DNA of 64,000 bases, taken from the NCBI GenBank assembly GCA_963728205.1, contig CAVSIV010000006.1, forward strand, positions 672,001 through 736,000, given 5' to 3'. The notes beneath the pieces are model-generated. The model made no database searches. It saw only the letters and a program-made list of their open reading frames with translations, and had not been told where the DNA came from. The first letter of the stretch is position 1, and every line of letters starts with the position of its first letter. This document shows, one piece after another, positions 39,748 to 48,733 of this stretch. Made by a program: the position numbers and the translations under genes. Source of the DNA: an uncultured Chloroflexia bacterium (GTDB taxonomy: Bacteria; Chloroflexota; Dehalococcoidia; UBA2979).

Positions 39748-40533
39748 CTAGAGCCCGCTCCAGCGCGGCGCGCGCTTCTCGGAGAACGCCACCGGGCCCT
39801 CGACGCGGTCCGGGCTCGCGTTGTGGCGCTGCAGCCAGTGGTAGTTGCGGTTGATCGCCGACTCCAGCGGCAGGTCGAGGCCGCGCAGCGCGCCCTCCTT
39901 CGTGCCGCGCACGGACAGCGGCGCGCACTCCAGGATCTCGCGCGCCCACCGCTCGGCCGTCGGCATCAGCTGGTCGTGCGGGACGACCTCGTTCACCAGG
40001 CCGTAGCGCTCGGCGGTGTGCGCATCGATGTTCTTCGCCGTCAGCATCATGCCCATCGCGAGCTTGAGCGGGATCTGGCGCGGCAGCCGGTGGATGCCGC
40101 CGGCGCCGGCGTAGAGCCCGACGCGAGGCTCGGGCAGCCCGAAGCGCGCCTGGTCGGAGGCGACGATGATGTCGCACGCCAGCGCGATCTCGCAGCCGCC
40201 GCCCATCGCCCACCCGTTCACCGCCGCGATCACCGGCTTGAACAGGTCCCAGCGGTCGGTGATGCCGCCGAACCCGCCGCGGCGCGGCGTGACCCCCTGC
40301 GGCAGCCGCCCGGTGCCCGACGCCGTCGCCTTCAGGTCGTTCCCGGCGGAGAACGCGCGACCGGCGCCCGTGAGGATCGCAACCCACACGTCGTCGTCCG
40401 CCGCGAAGTCGTCCCAGATGCCGGCGAGCTCGTGGTTCGCCTGCGCATGCAGGGCGTTCAGGACCTCGGGGCGATTGAGGGTGACGTACGCGACGCGGTC
40501 GCGCTTCTCGTACGTGGCGAAGTCGTAGGCCAT
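39748..40533 (-). CDS. Enoyl-CoA hydratase (crotonase family)
   Basis: LNRPEVLNA, FSAGNDLK, AMGGGCE, LPE. Confidence 0.93.
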   Translation of the reverse strand: MAYDFATYEKRDRVAYVTLNRPEVLNALHAQANHELAGIWDDFAADDDVWVAILTGAGRAFSAGNDLKATASGTGRLPQGVTPRRGGFGGITDRWDLFKPVIAAVNGWAMGGGCEIALACDIIVASDQARFGLPEPRVGLYAGAGGIHRLPRQIPLKLAMGMMLTAKNIDAHTAERYGLVNEVVPHDQLMPTAERWAREILECAPLSVRGTKEGALRGLDLPLESAINRNYHWLQRHNASPDRVEGPVAFSEKRAPRWSGL

Positions 40534-40679
40534 GCATCGGCTCCTATCGCGGCCCCGGCGCGGCCCGCCGCGCCCCCGGGGCGCGCGCATTCTAGACGAT
40601 GCTTCGCGTCGCGCCCGGCGCGCCGGGTAGACTCGGGCGGCTCGCGGCGCGGCGCCGCGACGGGGGACACGGAGCGAGG

Positions 40680-41102
40680 ATGTCGCGAGGCGTCTGGGTG
40701 CGGATCGACGGCGGGGGTCCCGAGTGGGCGCTCGAGAGCATGCTGCTCCGCCTGGCGATCAACGCCGCCGGCCTGCTGCTCGCCGCGGCGCTGGTCCCCG
40801 GGATCACGATCGGCGACTGGCAGTCGTTCGTCGCCGCGATCGCCATCTTCGGCATCGTGAACATGCTGCTGCGGCCGATCGCGATGCTCCTCTCGTGCTG
40901 CCTGATCGTGTTCACCTTCGGGTTCTTCGTGCTCGTCGTGAACGCGATCCTGCTCGCGGCGACCGCATGGACGGCCGGCCGGCTCGGTCTCAACTTCACG
41001 GTCGACGGCTTCTGGTCCGCGTTCTTCGGCGCGCTGATCATCTCGGTCGTGTCGGTGCTCGCGAGCATCTTCGTCCGCCGCCCGGTCCGCCGGGTGATGT
41101 AG
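40680..41102 (+). CDS. YvlD-like 4-TM membrane protein ('phage holin family 4')
   Basis: FGIVN.LLRP...TFGFF.LVVNA...V.GFWSAF.GA. Confidence 0.85.
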   Translation: MSRGVWVRIDGGGPEWALESMLLRLAINAAGLLLAAALVPGITIGDWQSFVAAIAIFGIVNMLLRPIAMLLSCCLIVFTFGFFVLVVNAILLAATAWTAGRLGLNFTVDGFWSAFFGALIISVVSVLASIFVRRPVRRVM

Positions 41103-41201
41103 CGCCGCGCACTCCTTCTCCACGCGCACTCCGTGCTCGCGTGAGCACACTCCCTTCGGGCCGTACCATCAGGTGAACCGCTCGGAAGGGCACGGACGTC
41201 C

Positions 41202-41831
41202 TTGGACCCGATCGATCGCGGACTCGAGGGCCTGGTCAACGGGCTCGCCGGCCACAACGCGCTCATCGACTCCCTCGCGCGCTTCGCGGCGAGCGACCTC
41301 GTCTTCTTCGTCGTGCCGGTGGTGCTCCTGCTCTGGTTCTGGCCGTCGCCGAGCCAGGCGACACGCCAGCGGTACGTCGGCGCCATCGTGGTGGGCGGGG
41401 TGCTCGCGCTCGCCATCGGCACGTTCGCCGGCGCGCTGCGCACGGAGTCGCGCCCGTTCGCCGTCGACGCGACGGTCACGAAGCTGATCCCGCACGCCGC
41501 CGACAACAGCTTCCCGAGCGATCACGCACTGCTCGCGTTCAGCGTCTCCTGGGTGATCCTCTGGTGGCGCCGGGCGGCCGGTGCCGTCGCGCTGGCGCTG
41601 GCGTGCCTGGTCGCGCTGGGTCGCGTGGTCGTCGGCGTGCACTGGCCGATCGACGTCGTCGGCAGCGCGCTGATCGCGCTCCTGGCCGCGTGGATCGCCG
41701 TCTTCAGCGTGCCGCTGTGGGCGTACCCGCAGCGCGTCGCGAGCCGCGTGCTGCCGGAGTGGCTCGTGGCGAGCCCGGAGAGCGACGCGGACGATCCGAC
41801 CCGCGCGGCCGAGGAGCGCGCCCCCGCCTGA
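41202..41831 (+). CDS. PAP2-family phosphatase (BcrC-like)
   Basis: RPF, SFPSDH, RVVVGVHWPIDV. Confidence 0.9.
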   Translation: MDPIDRGLEGLVNGLAGHNALIDSLARFAASDLVFFVVPVVLLLWFWPSPSQATRQRYVGAIVVGGVLALAIGTFAGALRTESRPFAVDATVTKLIPHAADNSFPSDHALLAFSVSWVILWWRRAAGAVALALACLVALGRVVVGVHWPIDVVGSALIALLAAWIAVFSVPLWAYPQRVASRVLPEWLVASPESDADDPTRAAEERAPA

Positions 41832-41844
41832 TCGGCGCGGGACC

Positions 41845-41936
41845 GTCAAGCGGCGGCAGCATGCCGCCGATAGAAGCGCGGCGACAGCCGCGGACGGTGT
41901 CCGCGCCCGGTCGGCGGCATGCTGCCGCCGCTTGAC
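41845..41936. repeat. REPIN-like element (CAGCATG subtype)
   Basis: Inverted REP pair between convergent genes. Confidence 0.9.
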
Positions 41937-41951
41937 GTTCATGCCGCGCGC

Positions 41952-44756
41952 CTACTGGCCGACCGGCGCCCTGCCCTTGCGCAGCATCCGCGGGCCGCGG
42001 CCGGCGCGCGACGGCGTGCCGGGCGGCTCGACGCGCACTGCGCACGCCTTGTACTCCGGAATCCCCGACGCCACGTCGAGCACGTGGTTCGTGAGGAAGT
42101 TCGCGGCCATGCCCTCGAGCTGCACGAACGGGACGAACAGCTCGCCCCGTCGCATGCGGTCGACGACGTGCACCTCCGCGACAATCTCGCCGCGCCGCGA
42201 CGCCAGCTGCACGGCGTCGCCCTCTGCCACGCCCAGCCGGTCGGCGTCCGCCGGGTGCATGTCGACGGCGACGACCGGCACGAGCTCGAGCAGGCCCGGC
42301 ACGCGACGCGTGATCGTGCCGGTGTGCCAGTGGTAGAGCGAGCGCCCGGTGATCAGCGTGTACGGGAAGCGCTTCGACGGCAGCTCCGCCGCGGGCGGTC
42401 CCTGCTCCACCGCCACGAACTTGCCGAGCCCGCGCGGGAAGTCGTCCTGGAACAGCCGCGGCGTGCCGGGGTGGTCCGGCGTCGGGCACGGCCACTGGAT
42501 GCCGCCCTCGCGCTCGAGCCGCGCGTGCGACAGCCCGGCGATGATCGGCATCAGCGACGCCATCTCGTCAAAGATCTCCGCCGCCGACCGGTGCTCGTAG
42601 GCGCGCGTCGGTCGCTCGAGGATGCGGCACACGCGCCGCGCGATGTCCTCCGTGATCGCCCAGTCGTCCCGCGCCTCGCCGGGCGGCGGCAGGATCGGCC
42701 GCACGAGCTGCACGCGCCGCTCGCTGTTCGTGAACGTGCCGTGCTTCTCCGCGAACGACGTCGCCGGCAGGATCACGTCGGCGATCTCGGCCGTCTCGTG
42801 CATGAAGATGTCCTGCACGACGAGGAAGTCGAGGTGCTCGAACGCCTCGCGCGCGTGTGCCAGGTAGGGGTCCGAGATCAGCGGGTTCTCGCCGACGACG
42901 TACATCGTGCGCAGCCGGCCCTCGAGCATCTCGTCGATCATCGCCGTCGACTGCAGCCCGGCGGCACGGTCGATGTCGGACTCCCACGCCGCCGAGTACT
43001 TGTCGTGCGCGGGGCCGTCGAGCGGCTCGTAGCCGGGGAAGACGTTCGGGAGACAGCCGGAGTCCGAGCAGCCCTGCACGTTGTTCTGCCCGCGTAGCGG
43101 GGAGATGCCGTTGCCCGGCCTGCCGACCTGCCCGGTGAGCAGCGCGAGGTTGATCAGCGACCGCGCGTTGTCCGAGCCGTTCGTGTGCTGGGTGATCCCC
43201 ATGCCCCAGATCATGCAGGAGCCGCGCTCGTGGCCGTCGCGGTCCGGCCGCGGCCGCGCGTAGAGCCGCGCGGCGCGACGGATGTCGTCGGCGGGCACGC
43301 CGGTCACGCGCTCGGCATCCTCCGGCGTGACCTGCTCCGCGGCCGCGCGCCAGGCGTCGAAGTTCTCGGTACGCCGCGCGACGAAGTCGCGATCCCAGAG
43401 CTCCTCCTCGAGGATGACGTGCGCCATCGCGTTGAACAGCGCCACGTCGGTGCCCGGCCGCGGCTGCAGGTGGATCTCCGCGACGTCGCAGATGTCGACG
43501 CGGATCGGGTTCACGACGATCAGCGCGGCCCCCCGCGCCTCGACGGCGCGGCGGATGCGCGACGCGACCACCGGGTGGTTCTGCCCGGTGTCGCTGCCGA
43601 CGACGAGCAGCGTGCCGGCGTTGTCGTAGTCCTCGTACGAGTTGCTCGTCGCGCCGGTGCCGACCTGCTCCTGCAGCGCGACGACCGACGGCGCGTGGCA
43701 CAGCCGGGAGCAGTGGTCGATCGAATTCGTGCCCATCACGGCGCGCACGAACTTCTGCAGGACGTAGCCGTCCTCGTTCGTGGCCTTCGCCGAGGCGATG
43801 CCGGCGAACGAACCCAGCGAGTCCGCGAAGCGCCCGGCGACGAGGTCGAGCGCCTCGTCCCATGTCGCCCGCTCGAACTTGCCGTCGCGCTTGATCAGCG
43901 GGTGCGTGAGCCGCTCCTCGGATGTGACGAACGGCAGGCCGAAGCGGCCCTTCACGCAGGTCATGCCCTGGGACGAGCCGTTGTCGGGCTCGCCGTCGAC
44001 CCACGCGATCTCGCCGTCGCGCTCGTGGACGGCGAGGCCGCAGCCGACGCCGCAGTACGGGCACGTCGTGTGGACGGTCGTCGTCGCGCCCTGGCGGCCG
44101 CTCGCCGTCGCCGGGGCGCCGGCCTTCGGGAAGAGCGCGCCGGTGGGGCATTGCGAGATGCACTGGCCGCACGAGGTGCAGGTCGAGTCCTCCCAGAGCG
44201 AGTCGAAGGCAGCGCCGATGTGCGCGGTCTCGCCGCGGCCGTTGATGCCGATCGCGCCGATGTGCTGTGTGCGCTGGCAGGCGTCCACGCAGCGGCCGCA
44301 GAGGATGCAGTCGGCCATGTTCAGGGTGAAGAAGACGTTGGAGTCGTCCTGCGGCGCCCGGACGCGCGGCGCGAACGACGAGGCGTCGAGGCCGTGCGCC
44401 TGCGCGTGGTGCGTGGCCATGCCCTTGCCGCGGCCGTCGGCGGACATGCCGACGGTGAGGTCGAGGACGCCGCGGCGCACGCGCACCGCGCGCTCCGACT
44501 GCGTGCGGACGACGGCGCCGGCGGCGGCGGCCGGCGTGTGGCAGGCGGCGGCGAGGCGCGGCGCGCCGTCGACCTCGACGAGGCACGTGCGGCACGCGGC
44601 GAGCGGACCGCGCGCGTCCGGCTTGCAGAGGTGGGGAAGGTCGACGCCGGCGGCGAGCACCGCGTCGAGCAGCGTCGCGCCGCGGGGGACCTGGACGGTG
44701 ATGCCATCGACGGTGACGTCAATCGGCGGAGCCATGACGGGCATGTCCAGGGGCAT
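41952..44756 (-). CDS. fdhF: Formate dehydrogenase alpha subunit (Mo/W-bisPGD, Cys ligand)
   Basis: [2Fe-2S] ACRTC, two CxxCxxCxxxC, CPYCGVGC, DHCSRLCHAPS, LRGQNNVQG. Confidence 0.92.
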   Translation of the reverse strand: MPLDMPVMAPPIDVTVDGITVQVPRGATLLDAVLAAGVDLPHLCKPDARGPLAACRTCLVEVDGAPRLAAACHTPAAAAGAVVRTQSERAVRVRRGVLDLTVGMSADGRGKGMATHHAQAHGLDASSFAPRVRAPQDDSNVFFTLNMADCILCGRCVDACQRTQHIGAIGINGRGETAHIGAAFDSLWEDSTCTSCGQCISQCPTGALFPKAGAPATASGRQGATTTVHTTCPYCGVGCGLAVHERDGEIAWVDGEPDNGSSQGMTCVKGRFGLPFVTSEERLTHPLIKRDGKFERATWDEALDLVAGRFADSLGSFAGIASAKATNEDGYVLQKFVRAVMGTNSIDHCSRLCHAPSVVALQEQVGTGATSNSYEDYDNAGTLLVVGSDTGQNHPVVASRIRRAVEARGAALIVVNPIRVDICDVAEIHLQPRPGTDVALFNAMAHVILEEELWDRDFVARRTENFDAWRAAAEQVTPEDAERVTGVPADDIRRAARLYARPRPDRDGHERGSCMIWGMGITQHTNGSDNARSLINLALLTGQVGRPGNGISPLRGQNNVQGCSDSGCLPNVFPGYEPLDGPAHDKYSAAWESDIDRAAGLQSTAMIDEMLEGRLRTMYVVGENPLISDPYLAHAREAFEHLDFLVVQDIFMHETAEIADVILPATSFAEKHGTFTNSERRVQLVRPILPPPGEARDDWAITEDIARRVCRILERPTRAYEHRSAAEIFDEMASLMPIIAGLSHARLEREGGIQWPCPTPDHPGTPRLFQDDFPRGLGKFVAVEQGPPAAELPSKRFPYTLITGRSLYHWHTGTITRRVPGLLELVPVVAVDMHPADADRLGVAEGDAVQLASRRGEIVAEVHVVDRMRRGELFVPFVQLEGMAANFLTNHVLDVASGIPEYKACAVRVEPPGTPSRAGRGPRMLRKGRAPVGQ

Positions 44757-44801
44757 TGGAAGGCCTCCGTGTGGTTGGCGCGGGCCGTGGCCCGCTCTCA
44801 C

Positions 44802-44828
44802 ATCGGCGGCATGCTGCCGCCGCTTGAC
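44802..44828. repeat. Single REP inside the fdh operon
   Basis: atcggcggcatgctgccgccgcttgac. Confidence 0.8.
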
Positions 44829-44845
44829 GTGAACCGGTCGAGCGC

Positions 44846-46318
44846 TCAGTCGAACGCGGCCGGGAACGTCTCCAGCGCGGACGCCACCGGGCGACCGGCC
44901 ATGCCGCCGAGCTGGCACAGCGACGCCTCGGTCAGCACCTCGATCACCTCGGCGATGCGCGCGCGGTCCGGCGTGGGCGCCTCGAGCAGGCCGAGCAGCC
45001 GCGCGGTGCCCTCGCGGCACGGCGTGCACTCGCCGCACGACTCGCGCATGTTGTACGCGGTCAGCGAGCGCGTGATCGCCGCGATGTCGGCGTCCGGCGG
45101 CAGCACCACCGCGCCGCCCGCGCCCAGGCCGCGCATCTCCAGCGGCCGGTCGAACTCGGCGGGCGGCACGAACCGGCCCGACGGCCCGCCGAGCAGCACC
45201 GCGCTCACCCGGCCCGGCATCGCCCCGGCCATCGCCAGCACGCCCGCCCACGTCATCGCGCCGTCGACCGGCACCTCGTACAGCCCCGGCCGCGGCACGG
45301 CGCCGGAGAGCGGCAGCAGCTTCGTCGGCGGTGGCGGGTCGTCGAACACCGTCGTCACGGCGGCGAGCGTCTCGGCGTTGTTGATCACGGTCGGGCGGCC
45401 GAACACGCCCTGGTCGGTCGCGTACGGCGGCTTGAAGCGCGGCACCGGCCGCTCGCCCTCGACGCTGTTCATGATCACCGACTCTTCGCCGCAGACGTAC
45501 CCGCCCGCGCCGGAGCGGACCTCAATCTCGGCGGCCACGCGCGCACCGAGCGCGTCCCCGCCCACGATGCCGGCGGCGCGAGCGTCGGCCAGCGCGGCCT
45601 CGAAGGCGGCGCGGGCCTTGCGCGCCTGGCCGTTCACGTAGACGAAGACGCGGGTCACGCCGGTCGCGTGGCAGCACATCAGGATGCCCTCGAGCAGGCG
45701 GTGCGGGTCGCCCTCGAGCAGGTGGCGGTCCTTGAACACGCCGGGCTCGCCCTCCTCGGCGTTGACGAGCAGCACCTTCTCGCCGCCGTGCGCCGCGACG
45801 AGCTTCCATTTCGTCGGCACCGCGAAGTGCGCGCCGCCGCGGCCCGTCAGGCCGGCGCGCTCGACGGCTGCGATCGTCTCCTCGGGCGGCCGGCTGAGGG
45901 CGTACGCGAGCGCCGCGTAGGCGCCGCGGCCGAGCACGTCGGCGAGCGAGCCGTCGTTGCGTCCCAGGCGCGCCGCGAGCCCGCGCTCGCCGGTGCCGGC
46001 ATAGCCCTCGGCGTCGCAGCGGCCCTCGAGGCAGTCGACGACGGACTGCGGGCCGGCCTGGTCCAGCCTCGCGTGGCGGTGGACGTGGCCCTCGCGGACG
46101 ACGGTGGCGGCCGGCGCGGCCCAGCACGCGCCGTCGCACGCGGCCTCCGCGAGCACGCCGGCGCGCGGGCCGAGCGCTTCGCGCAGCGCGTCGAGCGCCA
46201 GCGCGGCGCCGACGGCGTCGCCGCAGGTGCCGCGGTGCATTAGCACGCGCGGGGCGGCCGGCGCGGGGTGCGCGGTGCGCAGCGCGGCGTAGGCGTCGGG
46301 GAGGCGCGCGGTGGTCAT
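44846..46318 (-). CDS. NuoF/FdsB-like diaphorase subunit
   Basis: GRGGA, NAEEGEPG, YVCGEES, CGECTPCREG...C. Confidence 0.9.
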   Translation of the reverse strand: MTTARLPDAYAALRTAHPAPAAPRVLMHRGTCGDAVGAALALDALREALGPRAGVLAEAACDGACWAAPAATVVREGHVHRHARLDQAGPQSVVDCLEGRCDAEGYAGTGERGLAARLGRNDGSLADVLGRGAYAALAYALSRPPEETIAAVERAGLTGRGGAHFAVPTKWKLVAAHGGEKVLLVNAEEGEPGVFKDRHLLEGDPHRLLEGILMCCHATGVTRVFVYVNGQARKARAAFEAALADARAAGIVGGDALGARVAAEIEVRSGAGGYVCGEESVIMNSVEGERPVPRFKPPYATDQGVFGRPTVINNAETLAAVTTVFDDPPPPTKLLPLSGAVPRPGLYEVPVDGAMTWAGVLAMAGAMPGRVSAVLLGGPSGRFVPPAEFDRPLEMRGLGAGGAVVLPPDADIAAITRSLTAYNMRESCGECTPCREGTARLLGLLEAPTPDRARIAEVIEVLTEASLCQLGGMAGRPVASALETFPAAFD

Positions 46319-46818
46319 CGCTTCGCTCGCGTTCGGCCCGCGGGGCGGGCCGTTGCGGCGCGCTCCACCGGGGCGTCGGCGAGCCGCGCCCGGAGCTCGT
46401 CGGGCGTGAGGCGGCCGTGCAGGCGCTCGTGCTCGTCGACGACGACCGGCGCGAGCGCGCACAGGAACTGGCAGTCGACGCCCGCCGTCCGCTCCGGCGC
46501 GGCCGCGAGGAGCGCGGCGGCGCCGGCGAGGTCGCACGCGACGCCGGTGCACACGTGCCACCGGCCGGGAACCGGCGGCGCGAGGCGCAGCTCCGAATAG
46601 GCGGTCGCGGTCGCGTACACCTCGGACGCCGGCACGCGCGTGTGCCGGTGGACGTGCTCGATCGCCTCGCGCGGCAGCCAGCCCAGCGCGTCCTGCGCCG
46701 CGTGCAGCGCCGGCAGCAGCTGGTCCTTGCGACGCGGCAGCGCGTCGATCGCGGCGGCGGCGGCCGCGAGCGCGGCCGGGTCGGCGGCCTGCAGGTTCGC
46801 GTTCGAGTCGAGCGTCAT
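46315..46818 (-). CDS. NuoE/FdsG-like [2Fe-2S] subunit
   Basis: LH.AQ...GW, CTGVAC, CQFLC..AP. Confidence 0.88.
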   Translation of the reverse strand: MTLDSNANLQAADPAALAAAAAAIDALPRRKDQLLPALHAAQDALGWLPREAIEHVHRHTRVPASEVYATATAYSELRLAPPVPGRWHVCTGVACDLAGAAALLAAAPERTAGVDCQFLCALAPVVVDEHERLHGRLTPDELRARLADAPVERAATARPAGRTRAKR

Positions 46819-46923
46819 GGCGGCATTGTAGAGCGCGCGTCGCGGGGGATCAGGCGAGGCGCGGCACGCTTCGTATGCGCCGCGCAGCGACCTGTTCGCG
46901 GACGTCGCGCTCGGGGACGCCGC

Positions 46924-47715
46924 CTAGTCTTCGAGCAGGCTCTCCGCGATCGCGTTGAGCTGCGCGTCGGTCACCCCTGCCGCCGCGAGGTAGCCGACGG
47001 CGGACCCGTGCCGCTCGTCGACCCCGGCCAGCGCGAGCGCCATCACGTCCGGGTTCGCGATCGCGGGCCCGGTGCGCGCGGTGCCGTAGAAGGCGGCGAG
47101 GCGCGCGGCCCCGGCGTCGTCGAAGACGAGGTGGCGCGCGGTGAGGGCGTAGTCCTCGACGATCGTGTCGCGATCGACGCCGAGCGCCGATAGCAGCAGC
47201 GCCGCGAGCAGCCCGGTGCGGTCCTTCCCGGCGGTGCAATGGAAGACGGTGGCACCCTCGGGCGAATCCGCGAGGTGGCCGAAGATGCGGGCGACGGTGG
47301 GTCGGCCCTCGTCGAGCATGCTGAGGTAACCCGCGGCGACCGGCCGCGGGTCGTCCCGGTCGGCGGCCGGGGCCGGCACGGCGGCGCGGTGCGCCGCGGT
47401 CTCGACCTCTGCGATCAGCGGCACGTGGTGGTGCCGCACGCCGCGCGCGCCGAGCGGGCCCGCGCCGAAATGGCTGCGCTCGGCGAGCGTGCGCAGGTCG
47501 AAGACGTCGGTGACCGCGAGCGATGCGATCGTGTCGACGTCGCGCGGCGTGACCAGCTCGAGCGCGGCGGAGCGAAAGACGCGCCGCCAGCGGACGCGAT
47601 GACCGTCGGCCGTCGCGTACCCGCCGAGGTCGCGGAAGTTCTGTGCGCCGTCGAGGGCGATCAGTCGCTCGAGGTCGTCTTCGGCGCGGTGGACAAGCGT
47701 GCTGTGGTGCTGCAT
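46924..47715 (-). CDS. Protein tyrosine/serine phosphatase (IphP/PtpB-like)
   Basis: NFRDLGGY, DLR, HCTAGKDRTG. Confidence 0.93.
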   Translation of the reverse strand: MQHHSTLVHRAEDDLERLIALDGAQNFRDLGGYATADGHRVRWRRVFRSAALELVTPRDVDTIASLAVTDVFDLRTLAERSHFGAGPLGARGVRHHHVPLIAEVETAAHRAAVPAPAADRDDPRPVAAGYLSMLDEGRPTVARIFGHLADSPEGATVFHCTAGKDRTGLLAALLLSALGVDRDTIVEDYALTARHLVFDDAGAARLAAFYGTARTGPAIANPDVMALALAGVDERHGSAVGYLAAAGVTDAQLNAIAESLLED

Positions 47716-47785
47716 GAATTCATTCTGCCGCGATCGCGCCGGCGGCGTGTTGTCGCCGCGTAAACGGCGAACGCCGCGTCGCCGG

Positions 47786-48592
47786 CTACCCCGCGGTCGC
47801 CGCGTCGCCGACCGTCAGCTCGCCCCCGGAGCGCGGGACCGCGAGCACGCCCATCGTCGGCTCGTCCTGGCCCATGCCGCGCGTCAGCGTCGTCATCACC
47901 TGCAGGTCCCGCTCGCCCGTCACCGGGTTCGCGTGCGTTGCGAGACAGCGGATCACCGGGCCGGTGACCTCGAACTCGAGCGCACCGACGCGCACCGAGC
48001 GCCCGATCCACTCGAGCTCCTCCCACGGACGCAGGCCGTCGAGCACGACGTTCATGCGAAAGCGCCGCTCGTCGACCTCCGCGCCGATCACCTCGGCCAG
48101 CGCAGCGACGCTCGCCGACGCCATGAGCGTGACATGCCGCGGTCCGCGGTCGTGGAAGCGCGGCGTCGCGCCGTCGCCGACGAGGTGGAGCGCGTCGCCG
48201 GGTTTCAGCGACGAGTCGTCGAGGCCGCGCACGTACGCGGTCACCGCGTCGGCGAGGCGACGGCGGTCGGCAGGGTCCGCAACGTCGCCGACCGCGAGCG
48301 TCCTGCCGTCGAGGCGCACTTCGAGGCGACGGGTGTCGGCGTCGAATGCGGCGGCGAGCCGCGCGAGGCCGGGGGTGTTCATCAGCACCGTGAAGCGTTC
48401 TTTGCGCCACCAGTCGGCGCCGGCCATCTCGCGATCGGGGGCGGCGAGCGCGCTCTGGAGCAGGAAGCCGAGCACGCGGTCGCCCTCGGGTGCGCCGGAG
48501 GCGAGGACCCGGAGCCGGTCGCACGGCTCGGCCGACATGCCCTTCACGGGGTAGCGGTAGAGGCGGGCGACGGTGGCGGTCATGCGCCGCAT
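47786..48592 (-). CDS. MOSC-domain protein
   Basis: YPVKG, GDR, RRFRMN, RCLAT; start may be 48583. Confidence 0.9.
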   Translation of the reverse strand: MRRMTATVARLYRYPVKGMSAEPCDRLRVLASGAPEGDRVLGFLLQSALAAPDREMAGADWWRKERFTVLMNTPGLARLAAAFDADTRRLEVRLDGRTLAVGDVADPADRRRLADAVTAYVRGLDDSSLKPGDALHLVGDGATPRFHDRGPRHVTLMASASVAALAEVIGAEVDERRFRMNVVLDGLRPWEELEWIGRSVRVGALEFEVTGPVIRCLATHANPVTGERDLQVMTTLTRGMGQDEPTMGVLAVPRSGGELTVGDAATAG

Positions 48593-48733
48593 GATAGGCG
48601 AGCGGAAGGCGTGCCGCCTTCCGACTCAGCGACGCCGCGACACCGTCGACCGCCGGGCCGGACGCTGGCCGACGGTTGATTCGCGTGCCGAGTCGGAGGG
48701 CGGCGCGCCCTCCGCTCGCCGAGTCTCGCGTCG

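Noticed and set aside
40680-41102. Prophage inferred from a 'holin'
   Set aside because: YvlD-like proteins are common chromosomal genes; no phage genes nearby
41952-44756. Selenocysteine formate dehydrogenase
   Set aside because: The active site reads RLCHA with a Cys codon; no in-frame TGA
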